Positions 39,786 to 50,006 of a DNA stretch of 64,000 nucleotides are shown one piece after another. The stretch is from an uncultured Chloroflexia bacterium. GTDB taxonomy: Bacteria > Chloroflexota > Anaerolineae > CG2-30-64-16. Where the stretch lies: positions 64,001 through 128,000 of the forward strand of contig CAWEMM010000007.1 in the NCBI GenBank assembly GCA_963810095.1. The letters are read 5' to 3'. The first letter of the stretch is position 1. Each line of letters opens with the position of its first letter. The notes under the pieces are model-generated. The model worked only from the letters and a program-made list of their open reading frames with translations, had not been told where the DNA came from and made no database searches. Both the position numbers and the translations under genes were made by a program.

Positions 39786-40592
39786 GTGCCACTTGACGAA
39801 TTTGCCCTCATTCAGCTTGCGCTTAAGATCGGCGCCGCGATCCTGGTTTTTCTGGTCGGCCGTTGGCTTGCGGGACGAGCGCGCAAGACGCTAACGACAA
39901 CGCTAGGCAAGACGACACTTGCGCCGTCCATGGCGCGCTTGCTCGAGCTGGCCGCGTATTACGGCATCCTGCTGGTGACAGGGATCGTCTCGCTGGCGCT
40001 GGTCGGTTTCCCGGTGTCGGCCCTGCTCAGTGCTTCCTTGATCATCGTGGTGATCCTGGGGGTGGCGCTCCAGCAATCCATCAGCAACCTGGCAGCGACG
40101 ATTGTCTTCATGCTGTTTCAGCCTTTCCGCCTGGGCGAGCTGATCGAGGGCAACGGGGTTCTCGGCGTGGTGAAGGAGATTCAGCTGTTCAGCACGGTGA
40201 TCGTGACGGGCGACAACCGTGAGATCACGGTGCCGAACGCCAAAATTCAGGGGAACAACCTCGTGAACTACACCCGGCTGGGTCGTCTGCGGGTCGATTT
40301 CGAGTTCAGCGTGAGCTACACGGATGACCTGGGCAAGGCGAAACGGGTGTTGGCCGACATCCTGTCTGCTGAGCCGCGCGTGCTGGCCGAACCCGCGGCG
40401 TTGATCTTCGTGAAGTCGCTCGATGACAGCGGGGTGAGCATTGCCGTGCGCCCGTGGGTGCAGCCCGAGGACTATTGGACGCTGCAATGGGATCTTCCAG
40501 AGCGAATCAAGCTGCGCTTTGACGCTGAGGGTATCACGATCCCCTTCCCCCAGCGCGACGTGCACATGATCCCCGCCACGCCCGGGCGATAG
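39786..40592 (+). CDS. mscS: Small-conductance mechanosensitive channel
   Basis: LGVALQQSISNLA, PFRLGELIE, GVVKEIQLFST, VPNAKI, GITIPFPQRDVH. Confidence 0.88.
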   Translation: MPLDEFALIQLALKIGAAILVFLVGRWLAGRARKTLTTTLGKTTLAPSMARLLELAAYYGILLVTGIVSLALVGFPVSALLSASLIIVVILGVALQQSISNLAATIVFMLFQPFRLGELIEGNGVLGVVKEIQLFSTVIVTGDNREITVPNAKIQGNNLVNYTRLGRLRVDFEFSVSYTDDLGKAKRVLADILSAEPRVLAEPAALIFVKSLDDSGVSIAVRPWVQPEDYWTLQWDLPERIKLRFDAEGITIPFPQRDVHMIPATPGR

Positions 40593-40601
40593 GGGTTCTA
40601 T

Positions 40602-40630
40602 TTGACTCAAAGTGGGCTTACGCGTAGAAT
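40602..40630 (+). promoter_or_regulatory. Promoter of tRNA-Ser(GGA)
   Basis: TTGACT, 17 bp spacer, TAGAAT. Confidence 0.65.
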
Positions 40631-40645
40631 TGCCCTACAAAGCCG

Positions 40646-40732
40646 GGAGAGGTCGCATAGTTCGGTCTAGTGCGCGCGATTGGAAATCGCGTATCCTGCA
40701 AGGGATCGAGGGTTCAAATCCCTCCCTCTCCG
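40646..40732 (+). tRNA. tRNA-Ser (GGA); integration site (attL)
   Basis: GGAGAGG acceptor stem, CGCGA-TTGGAAA-TCGCG anticodon arm, long variable arm, GGTTCAAATCC. Confidence 0.95.
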
Positions 40733-40738
40733 CCTAAT

Positions 40739-40780
40739 AAACGAGCAGACACTGTGTGTTGTGTCTGCTCGTTTGCTTTT
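40739..40780 (+). terminator. Element-supplied terminator after the intact tRNA
   Basis: AAACGAGCAGACAC..GTGTCTGCTCGTTT followed by GCTTTT. Confidence 0.7.
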
Positions 40781-40834
40781 ACTACTGCTTGTGGTAGGCC
40801 ACCTTAACGACCTTGAAAGGTCGAGGAGGAAGCC

Positions 40835-41776
40835 ATGCCACAAGTACATGCGATTCGCCTTAAATCCCTCCCCCCTCCCTCGGAGATTGAGACGGCAGGC
40901 CGTAGCTTCATGCTGGATCGTGAAGCGAAGCGGTGCACGGCCGCAACCTTGGCCTGGTATGAACGCTACATCGGGGCGCTGGTCTCCTGGCTGGTCGAGC
41001 GCAAGGTTTCATCGCTCGCGGACGTTAGCCCGAACCAAATACGTCAGTACCTTCTCGATCTTCGCGACCGCGGCCTCTCAGATCGCACCATACATCACCA
41101 CGCCAGCGCAGCCCGCGCCTTTTTCAATTTCTGCGTAGACGAAGAACTCACACCGGGCTCGCCTATGGCGAAGGTTCGGATGCCTCGACTCCCTAAAGAA
41201 ATCCTCCCCGCGTTCTCTCCTGACGAGATCGGCCGTTTGGTCGCGGCGTGCGAAACAGAGCGGGATCGAGCAATCGTGCTTGGGTTGCTTGACACCGGCT
41301 GCCGGCTCGCTGAGTTTCTCGCGCTGCGGGTGGGCGATGTGGACCTAGCAGGCGGCACCGTACGAATCCGTCAAGGGAAGGGCAAGAAGGATCGCACGAC
41401 CTACATGGGTTCGCAGACCCGGAGACACCTACGCCGATACCTGACCGAGCGCCCAGCTACGTACGACGGTGATCGGGTATGGCTCGTGGAGCAAGGCGAC
41501 CGGCCTCTCTCACGGATGGGGATGCAGCGACTACTTCAGCGCATCGGGGAACGCGCCCACGTCGCCAACTGCCACGCACACACTTTCAGAAGAACCTGCG
41601 CCATCACCTGCCTGCGAAACGGCATGGACGTGCACCGGTTGGCGCTGATACTTGGTCATGCCGATATCGGCGTTCTGAAGAAGTATCTGCCGTTTGTCGA
41701 GCAAGACCTGCAAGACGCTCATGTGAAGTACGGACCGGTTGACGCATTACTTGCGAAAGGCAGGTCGCAGCGATGA
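40835..41776 (+). CDS. Tyrosine recombinase/integrase
   Basis: SAM-like N-terminus; RDRAIV..LLDTGCRLAE (R), GKGKKDR (K), HTFRR (HxxR), ILGH, KKY (Tyr). Confidence 0.92.
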   Translation: MPQVHAIRLKSLPPPSEIETAGRSFMLDREAKRCTAATLAWYERYIGALVSWLVERKVSSLADVSPNQIRQYLLDLRDRGLSDRTIHHHASAARAFFNFCVDEELTPGSPMAKVRMPRLPKEILPAFSPDEIGRLVAACETERDRAIVLGLLDTGCRLAEFLALRVGDVDLAGGTVRIRQGKGKKDRTTYMGSQTRRHLRRYLTERPATYDGDRVWLVEQGDRPLSRMGMQRLLQRIGERAHVANCHAHTFRRTCAITCLRNGMDVHRLALILGHADIGVLKKYLPFVEQDLQDAHVKYGPVDALLAKGRSQR

Positions 41777-41941
41777 CCGCAACCACGCCGACCAGAACAC
41801 CGGCATGACATTAGAGGCGAAATTCTCCCGCCCGACAACTCCGGCGCCCTCGTTCCACGTCCTGCGCCGGCGCCCCTGATCCGCATCGCGCTGCCGAAGT
41901 CGGGCTGTGATGCGAACGATACGGGCCTTCTAGAGCACGAG

Positions 41942-42523
41942 GTGAGGCGCCCAGCCCGCTCCCCGTCCGTTGAGTCCGATGTTCTGGTTCCGTCCATCCA
42001 GGCGGCATTTACGGCCATTGCAGCAGCGATATGTGCCGGCACGCTGGCATGGGTGCTTGGGTGGAGCTGGCGAACGGTGATCTGCACGTTCAGCCTCGCG
42101 CTGGCGGTGTCCTGGCTGTGGCGTATGCGGGTCGCAGATGGGCTTCTATGGGAAGTCGAACGGTTCACCGGGCGCGACTTGAACGGCGACGGAGCCGTTG
42201 GAGAGCCGCCATCGCAACCCGTTCTTGTGAACGTGTGGCAAGCCCGACAAGAGGCCGCCCAGGTAAGGGCGGAGGATGATGCCGAGCGCGAACGCCAAGC
42301 CCTGACCGCTTTCCTGCACCGGTGTTTCGTAGCCGGGACATCCGAGACCGCCCACGGCGTAAAAGCCAGTGGGCCGGATCGGGATACCTACGTCAAGCAG
42401 CGGGATGCGCTGCTGAGTCTGGGCATCGCTGCTTGGCGCAACCCAGCCAAACCGCGTGCGGGCTGGCGGATCGTGGTTTCCCACCAGAAGGCGATGGAGT
42501 TGCTGAGCAGGTACACGCTCTAG
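41942..42523 (+). CDS. Hypothetical membrane protein (may start at 41773 with a frameshift)
   Basis: Two TM segments and a DLNGDGAVG Ca-loop-like motif; open frame extends upstream to ~41790. Confidence 0.5.
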   Translation: MRRPARSPSVESDVLVPSIQAAFTAIAAAICAGTLAWVLGWSWRTVICTFSLALAVSWLWRMRVADGLLWEVERFTGRDLNGDGAVGEPPSQPVLVNVWQARQEAAQVRAEDDAERERQALTAFLHRCFVAGTSETAHGVKASGPDRDTYVKQRDALLSLGIAAWRNPAKPRAGWRIVVSHQKAMELLSRYTL

Positions 42524-42603
42524 GCGTACGTACGTGCTGCGTACTTGCGTACGGGCACGGCGGATTCGAGATACGCGTACCAGAAGTGGGGGGAGGAAAG
42601 ACC

Positions 42604-42939
42604 GTGAAGGAAGAAACGCCGGCTCGCGCCGAGACCCAAGCGACCGAGCATGATGTTGTCAAGGGAGCGTTCTACACGCTGAACCTGCTAGTCGCGCTGA
42701 TAAGCGGGGCGGCGGGGTTCGCCATGCCGCTTGCGTGGCTCATCACCGGGTTATGCGTGTTCTCGATGCTGATCGGGCATCAGGCCGAGGAAGCCAAGTC
42801 CGACCGGGAAGAAGTCAAGGGACGGCCGCTCGATGCGGCAGACCGGGCCGCTGGCTGCGGCCTCTCGTTCTTCCTGGCGGGCATCGTGGCGGTCGCGTTC
42901 TTCGTCGCGCTATTGAGCATCGGAGCGGGTCTGCCATGA
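42604..42939 (+). CDS. Hypothetical membrane protein
   Basis: GGAGG upstream of GTG 42604; three hydrophobic segments. Confidence 0.5.
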   Translation: MKEETPARAETQATEHDVVKGAFYTLNLLVALISGAAGFAMPLAWLITGLCVFSMLIGHQAEEAKSDREEVKGRPLDAADRAAGCGLSFFLAGIVAVAFFVALLSIGAGLP

Positions 42940-43126
42940 CCCTTCGGGTATATCGATTCGGTATGCTTATGAAGGCATGTAGATATTATCAGATTTACTC
43001 ATAAACTTTATCGCGAAATCCGCCTCGATGGGCCGGGGGCGTCAAACAGACGGTCCCTCTCATCCCGTATCCTGGAACGGTCTGACCTGATACGGTCTGA
43101 TAACAACAAAGGCGGAGGAATCAAGA

Positions 43127-43325
43127 ATGTCGAAGTTTGTTATCGCGGTAAGTGTCGATGAGGGCGCCAACGCCCTGCTGACGCAGATCGCCAACCAGGA
43201 GGGCGAAGGCAACAAGAGCTTCGCGTTTTCGCCGCATCGTTCGGGAGGCGGCCGAGCGCCGGGGGCTAGTGGAGCCGCCGGCACGACCAACGGACGAGCA
43301 GGATGAGCGGGAGGTGATCGCGTGA
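43127..43325 (+). CDS. Putative ribbon-helix-helix DNA-binding protein (not in ORF track; one frameshift at a T-run near 43228)
   Basis: GGAGGA RBS; MSKFVIAVSVDEGANALLTQIANQEGEGNKSFA/FRRIVREAAERRG beta-alpha-alpha pattern; corrected stop overlaps next GTG. Confidence 0.5.
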
Positions 43326-43591
43326 CCACCGTTAAGACGATGGCGCCCCATGTTGATTGCGGCAACACAGGGCGAGAGACGACAACGGCAGCGGGCAGCG
43401 ACCCTTGTCGTCCTGATGGTAGCCTAATTGCGGCGTGGCGTCAAGCGGCGCCGGTTATCGTAGACTGGCTTGGCCAAACGTCAGAAATGACACGAGCGGA
43501 TGGCCACACGGAAGCGGCGCAGATGTTCTGGCACGCGATGATGCTGGCTCAAGCCGCCGTTAACGCTCTTGGGTGGGACCTCCATGAATAA
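43322..43591 (+). CDS. Hypothetical protein, coupled to the helicase-like gene
   Basis: GGAGG RBS; overlaps both neighbouring genes. Confidence 0.45.
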   Translation: MTTVKTMAPHVDCGNTGRETTTAAGSDPCRPDGSLIAAWRQAAPVIVDWLGQTSEMTRADGHTEAAQMFWHAMMLAQAAVNALGWDLHE

Positions 43592-44956
43592 CGACCTTCT
43601 TTGCCCTGAGGCGGAAGAGAATCTTGTCGCCTGCGCCCTATACGATTGCAACAATTTCGTGTTGGACGTGGCGCCCGCTGAGTTCAACGATGAGCAGTTA
43701 TCGCACATCTGGGCCGCCGGCCAGAAGTTGACAAACGAGGGCGTCTACGTGGACTCCGAGGTCGTGCAATTCGAGCTGGGCAAGCAGGGGGTGAATGTTC
43801 CCCTGACGCGACTGGCCGCCTTACTCACGCGGGAGGTTTTCAGCGGCAATGCGCCCATCTGGGCCGCTGAGGTACGTGACAAGGCCCAACGGCGGGCGGC
43901 AGAGGAGCAACTAACAAAGGCACTCCGGGTGCTCTATACCTCCAACGGGACCTGGAAGACCGACCTAACCGACGTCGGGACCCAGCTGCTCAACCGCGTC
44001 ACGCCCCGGCCGGAGGCAAAACGCACCGAGCGCATGGGCGGATGGACGGCGGCCGAACTGCTGGCCTGCGATTTCCCGGAACCCATCTACGCGGTACCCG
44101 GAATCATCCCTGTCGGCCTAACGTTCTTGGGCGGGCGCCCGAAGGTCGGTAAGTCCTGGCTCGCTCTCCAATGCGCCATTGCAGTGGGCACGGGCGGGCG
44201 GGTGCTCGATAAGCAAGTGGCGCAAGGCAACGTGCTCTATCTTGCCCTTGAAGACAACGGCCGGCGGCTCAAGGAACGCAGCAAGAAACAGGGCATGCCG
44301 GCCACTGCCAAGATACGATTTGAACCGCAATGGCCGCGGCTGAACGCCGGCGGGTTTGAGGCGCTCGATGCGGCGATAGCCGAGCACCACTACACGCTCG
44401 TTGTCATCGACACGTTGGGCCGGCTCGTGGGTCGCGCCCGCACCGATGACTACGGCGACATGACCGACCTCCTGGGCCGGCTGCAAGACCTCGCCCTGGA
44501 GCACGACATGGCGATACTCGCGCTCGACCATCACCGAAAAGCTCGGCTGGCACGATGGCCGACCCTGTAGATGACATCGTGGGCAGCACAGCCAAGAGCG
44601 GGGCGGCTGACGCCATCCTCGGGTTGTTCAAGGAGCAGGGGAAACGGGGCGCTACGCTCAAAGTGACGGGGCGCGACGTGGAATGGCAAGACCTGGCGCT
44701 CTCGTGGGACGTAACCACCTGCTGTTGGCAGTACGAGGGGACGACGGAGGAAGTGGCGCAGCAAGGAAACGTCGGTAAGATCGTCGCTGCACTCCGGGAC
44801 GCGGGGGCGCCCATGACCCTGACCGAGATCGCCACGGCCACCGGGCTGGGCAAGAACAACCTGCAACCGATCCTTGTTGACATGGCGGACAACGGAATCT
44901 TGGAGCGGCTCGACCAACATGGCCGCGAGAAGCCGTATCGCCTGCGGGCGGCTTGA
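43584..44956 (+). CDS. DnaB-N-like + AAA_25 (RepA-like SF4 helicase) + C-terminal HTH replication protein; frameshift near 44540
   Basis: EAEENLVACAL..AEF..LSHIW (DnaB N-domain); GGRPKVGKSWL Walker A; VLYLALED; LVVIDTL; DHHRK; IVGST..AADAIL..VTGRD; MTLTEIATATGL. Confidence 0.75.
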
Positions 44957-45042
44957 GAAGTGGTAGAACAATCAGAACCATAGAACTATCGGGCCTCTCG
45001 GTGCCCCGATTGTTCTGAAAGTTCTGATTGTTCTACCACTTC
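44957..45042. promoter_or_regulatory. Candidate replication origin: large palindrome with iterated AGAAC/GTTCT
   Basis: Perfect 22-bp inverted repeat GAAGTGGTAGAACAATCAGAAC / GTTCTGATTGTTCTACCACTTC starting right after the rep stop codon. Confidence 0.55.
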
Positions 45043-45153
45043 CGGGCCGTGGTACCCCAGGTTAGGCGGGCGGCTCGTGGCGGCTGACAAACATGCGGCA
45101 CGCAATTGGGCCGATAATTGGGTTATTCAGGCAGTATTTCAGGAGTGTACGAC

Positions 45154-45489
45154 ATGGAAAACAACGACGGCATCACCAAACGGGATGCGCGCGGGAGGAT
45201 TGTTGCCCGTAGCGGTCCCACCCCCGGCGCCGGCCGGCCATCGCTCGAAGCAACCGAGCGGCTCCGGGTAGCGATTGAGGAATTGCTTGACGAGGAGACG
45301 TTGGCGGCTTGGCAGGCCGCCATGCGCAAGAAGCTGGCGAAGGGGAACTCGGCCGCAAGCGTGTTCGTGGCGGATCGGCTGTTGGGGAAGCCCGCTGTGA
45401 ACGTCAATAACGCGATGGATGCCAACCTTGCGGCGTTCATGACGGCCTGGAACGCCGCAAGCACCGGCCAGGAGCATGACCCGGATTGA
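45154..45489 (+). CDS. Hypothetical protein resembling DUF5681/terminase-small-subunit-like proteins
   Basis: AGGAG RBS; KRDARGRIVARSGPTPGAGRPS N-terminus; A.KGN..A..FVADRLLGKP. Confidence 0.45.
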   Translation: MENNDGITKRDARGRIVARSGPTPGAGRPSLEATERLRVAIEELLDEETLAAWQAAMRKKLAKGNSAASVFVADRLLGKPAVNVNNAMDANLAAFMTAWNAASTGQEHDPD

Positions 45490-45524
45490 CCGGCGCCAGC
45501 CGTAGCTGGCGAGTTCTACCTTGC

Positions 45525-45850
45525 TGAATTACCGAATGGGTGAACCACGCCGGCTGCGGTTGTCTCATGGGCTTGATCGGCTGCGATAACCGGGCCGGGT
45601 TGCAAGTGCCGCTCGTAATCGCCGGGGTGCCGGTGCAATCGACAACCTCGACAGTCACAACCAAGACGCCTACAGGGAAGTCGCCTGGAGTCAACCCATT
45701 GTTTGAAACCCACCCTCATCACCGGGCTTGAGGCTGGCTTAGACGTACGCCCTTTCTCGGATATTTGTAGGCCGGCTTCGGAACTCCACCCGCTTCGTGC
45801 CGCGCATGATCCGCTCGGCATACGGCTGGTGGACGCTGAGTGCAAGGGTG
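45525..45850 (-). pseudogene. ASCH domain remnant
   Basis: LALSVHQPYAERIMRGTKRVEFRS in one frame; GVLVVTVEVVDC..NPARL..QPQPAWF in another. Confidence 0.6.
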
Positions 45851-46534
45851 ACAGTTGGTAGGTCTATCGCCGGCCGTATTGTCGAAGCCGTGGCTGCATT
45901 GCAATCCAACGGGACTTCGTGCCGCTCGCTATGTTGCCGGAACGGCATATCAAGCCTCGCCTTCACGGTCTCTCGCGATTGAAACGAAGGACCACAGCGT
46001 TTGAGGGGTTGCTTTGCGAGGCAGAACGTACAGGCAGGGCGCCGATCTCCAGTTAGGCCAAAATCCACACCTTCGATTCAGGACGTGCGGCCCCAGCCCG
46101 ATCATTCCTTCCGCAGAATCCGTCTAGTCGCACTTCACGTGCAATCTAGTAGACGCTTAGTGAGGGTGTGCATAAGTGCACTAGATGGGGCAGAGGCTGC
46201 GGAGCGTCGCGAGACAGGGCGTCTTTTGTAGGGGTAACAATCATTGAGCAGCGTAGATGCCAGCACGTAGAATGTGCACTAGTGACCATAGGGCTGGTGT
46301 AGCCACTGACCGGGTGCACCTGACTATAGCGAGAACCTGAAGAATACGGTGGTGTAAACTTCTAGGGGTATCTCGACAACTTCATCTTCTCACGGCCCGT
46401 CGTTCATTTTCGCGTCATGTTCGTCCGCGACACTGCCTCGCGTCGTCGCCCGACGGAATGTGGCAGGCGCCCGCAACGATGGAGTTGCGCACTGTGCCGG
46501 GTATCGTGCTTGTGTAAGCGCAAAGGAGCCTTCC

Positions 46535-49500
46535 ATGTCCCGCCGCCTCATCGTCCGCATCTTGCGCACCTTGCTGCTGACCCTGCTCCTGGCCGGCCCG
46601 TCCATCGCTCCCGCTTCCGCTGATCCCGACGCCCCCGGCCGCAGGCCGCCGGCTCCATCTCCGGCCGTATCACTGACGTCATCACCGGCCAGCCCATCGC
46701 GGGCGCCACGGTCGAAGTCGTCAACACGTCCAATCCAACCACCACCACGGATGTCGATGGCCGTTACCGGTTGATCAACGTCCCCGAGGGCCAGCGCTAT
46801 CTCCTGTTAGAGCACCCTCGCTACGCCTACGAGTATTACCCGACGCGCCCACCTGGGGCCTGGGCGGGCCGGTCGAAGTGAAGGCGGGCGAGGAGACGAC
46901 CGGCATCGACGCGGCGCTCGCGCCGGGCGGGCGCATCGGCGGTCAAATCGCCGACCAGGAGACGGGCGCGCCGCTGGCCGGCGTCCGGGCGATCGCCGCG
47001 ACCAGTGGTACACCGACTGGCGGGTGGCGGGCGAGGGGGTCAGCGGCGGGGATGGACGGTATGTCATCGAGGGGCTGTGGACGAGCGTCTATCACGTAGA
47101 GTTCGTGGACGAACCGGGCGACCATGCGACGACGCAGTACGGCGACGGTGCGAGCGTGGGCCTGCTGACGGGCGAGGAGGCGGGCGGGATCGACGTCGCG
47201 ATGCCGCATGAGGGCAAGATCGCGGGGCAGGTGATCGATGCGCTGACAGGCGAGCCGCTGGCGGGCGTCACCGTGAATGTCCTCGGTGTCTCACCGGCGC
47301 GCAAACCGATCCGCAGGGCCGCTACGACATCGGCGGCCTGGCGGCGGGTGAGCAGAGACTACGCTACCGCGACGGTTACGCCGTCGTCTTCTACCGCGAC
47401 AAGCCCGACGAATACCAGGCCACACGCGTCACGGTGCACGCCGGGGAGACCACCGGCGGCATCGACCAGGCGCTGACCCCGCTCGGAGCCATCAGCGGGC
47501 GGGCGACGGATGCAGAGACTGGCACGGGGCTGGCGGGGATCGACGTGATCCTTGACCCGGGTTGAGACGGAAACAGGGACGGCGACGGAGACGGCGGGGT
47601 GTACACGATGACCAACGTGGTGCCCGGTGCGCACACCGTCGTTGTCCGCGATCCAAAGGGCGTCTATCGCGAGGCACCTGCAAAGGGCCCGGACGGCTCG
47701 GAGACGATCACCATCCAGCCGGGGCGGACGACAGAGGGCGTCAAATGCGGCGCTCGCACCCGTCGTACCGCAGCCGCCCAGCAGCCGTAAGATCACGGGC
47801 ACGGTGACAGAGATGATCACCGCGGAGCCTCTGCAGGGCATCCGAGTCACGCTGTACGACTGCTACCGCTCTACCACACCGAGTGCTGGGACGTCGGCGA
47901 AGCGTTTACGGATGCGGCGGGCGCGTACACCTTTCCCGATCCTCCGGACTCCGAGGGCATGACTTTCTCCGATCCGTCCGGCGTCTACCTGCAACAGGAC
48001 AGCGCCAGACTTCCGCTCGCCCGACGTGGACGAGACCGTCGTGATTGACATGGCCTTGCAGCGATATGATCGGGTCTACGGCGGGATTGCAGGCAGGGTC
48101 ACGGCGGCGACGACGGGAGAGGCGCTGGTGGGTCAGCAGGTCTGCGCCGAGAACACTCAAACAAGCGACTCCGGCTGTGGGCACACGGCGGCGGATGGGA
48201 CGTACACGATCAACGGGCTGAAGGCGGGCAGTACAAGGTCGGGTTCGGCTGGAGCAACTGGCGGGGTGACCGTTACTGGCGCTGGTACTACGGCGGCACG
48301 GATGTGGGGACGGACGTCAGGTACGTGCGAACGAGATCACACCGAACATCGACGGCGCGCTGCCTGAACAAGGCCGAATTGCGGGTGTGATCCGCAGCGA
48401 CGCGACGTCCGAGCCGCTTCTGGGGCGGTGGTCGAGGTGTGCAGCAACTGGTGCGACCGCCACGACTACCGCCGCCGACGGCACGTACATCAGCACCTAC
48501 CTGCCGCCCAGCGCGTCCTACCTGCCGCCCACTGCGTACTACGTGCGTGTGACGGGGGCGTACCAGCAGCGCTACTACCGCGACACGACCGACTGGCAGC
48601 AGGCCGAGAGAGATCACGGTGACCTACGACAGTCTCATCACCGGCATTGATATCAGCCTGCCGCCTGGGCGCATAGTCGGTCGGGTGACCGATGCGGCAA
48701 CGGGCACGGCGGTAAGGGAATAAGGTTTAGGCCGGGCAAGAGCTGGGGCAGCGCTACGACCGGGACGGATGGCCGCTATACCATCGGGAACCTCGATGAA
48801 GGCGGGTACCGGCTGCATTTCGAAGACCCGACGAAGGGCTACGCGCCCTTGGATGCAAGCGGGCCGATTACCGTCACGCTCGGCCGATCCTGACGTCTGA
48901 CGCGCAGCTAGTCGGCAACGGTTACATCGCGGGCCGGGTCACGGCGGCGGAGAGCGGCGCGCCGCTGGGCGGGATTGAGGTGAAGAGCGACTACCGTGCG
49001 TGGCGCCCACCACGACCGGCCCCCGACGGGACGTATAAGATCGGCCCGCTGCCTGACGGCGACTACCAGGTGCGCTTCTGGGACGGCGGGCTGCTGCGCC
49101 GGATGGAGTACTACCGGGAGACCACCGACTATAATGACTACACGCCCGTTACGGTCCGGCACGGCGAGACGACGACGGGTATCGACGAGAGCATGGACCG
49201 GCTAGCCATCGCACGGGGCCGGGTGGTGGATGCGGGCACGGGCGCGCCGGTCGCCGGGGTGAAGGTGGCGGGCAAGGGCTACTACAGCGCGAATGTCCCG
49301 GTCTACACGGACGCGGAGGGGCGCTACGAGCTGCCCGGCCTGGATGAGGGCGAGTATTCGCTGACCGCCACGGATCGCAGCCACGCCTACGTCGACGGGC
49401 AGAGCGAGACGGGTCGCGTTCCCGGTGGGGGCGGTCATCGACGTGCCGGACATCGAGCTGAAGCGATGGGGCGAGTTCGGCGGGACGGTGACGGACGCGC

Positions 49501-49844
49501 TGACCGGGGCGCCAGTGGCGGGGGTGTGGGTGCAGTTGTACGAGCGCTCTTCCGGCGAGTGGTACACCACCATCGGCGGCTGCTATGCGATCACCGGGCC
49601 GGACGGGATGTACCGCATCCGGGAGATGTACGACTGGACGGTGCGACCAGTCTTCTACGATCCGCAGGCGCGCTTCCATGCCCAGTCGTACGGCGGCGGC
49701 AAGTCGCTGCTGGACACGCAGGTGGTGACCTTCAAGCAGGGGGTGGACACGTTGGGGGTGGATGCGGCGCTTGTACGGAAGGAGGATGGGCCGCCCGTGG
49801 AGATACGGTTGCGCTTGTATCTGCCCATGATTGCAGCGCCTTGA
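46535..49844 (+). pseudogene. Large secreted protein of repeated carboxypeptidase-regulatory-like (Ig/transthyretin-like) domains with YLP tail, heavily fragmented
   Basis: AAGGAG RBS and signal peptide; recurring ISGRVTD..TG.PLAG..V / DG.Y.I..L..G.Y / GETTTGID units across many frames; ends RLYLPMIAAP. Confidence 0.7.
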
Positions 49845-49914
49845 TACGACTTTCGCTCCGCTCTAGTCGGTGCTGACACTATCTAATTTCGCTTCGAGTT
49901 GGGCTGTTGGGTTC

Positions 49915-49943
49915 TTGACAAGGGGCAACTTACGAGGCACAAT
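49915..49943 (+). promoter_or_regulatory. Possible promoter of the second recombinase
   Basis: TTGACA, 17 bp spacer, CACAAT. Confidence 0.45.
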
Positions 49944-50006
49944 AGCTTATGAGAATTGATGTCACGCAAGTTTTCTTCAAGATCATTCGCTTTAGGGGGG
50001 GGCCGC

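Noticed and set aside
33663-40645. Second island integrated at tRNA-Ser(CGA)
   Set aside because: No integrase and no duplicated 3' end specific to this tRNA; the similarity at 40646 is a complete isoacceptor gene
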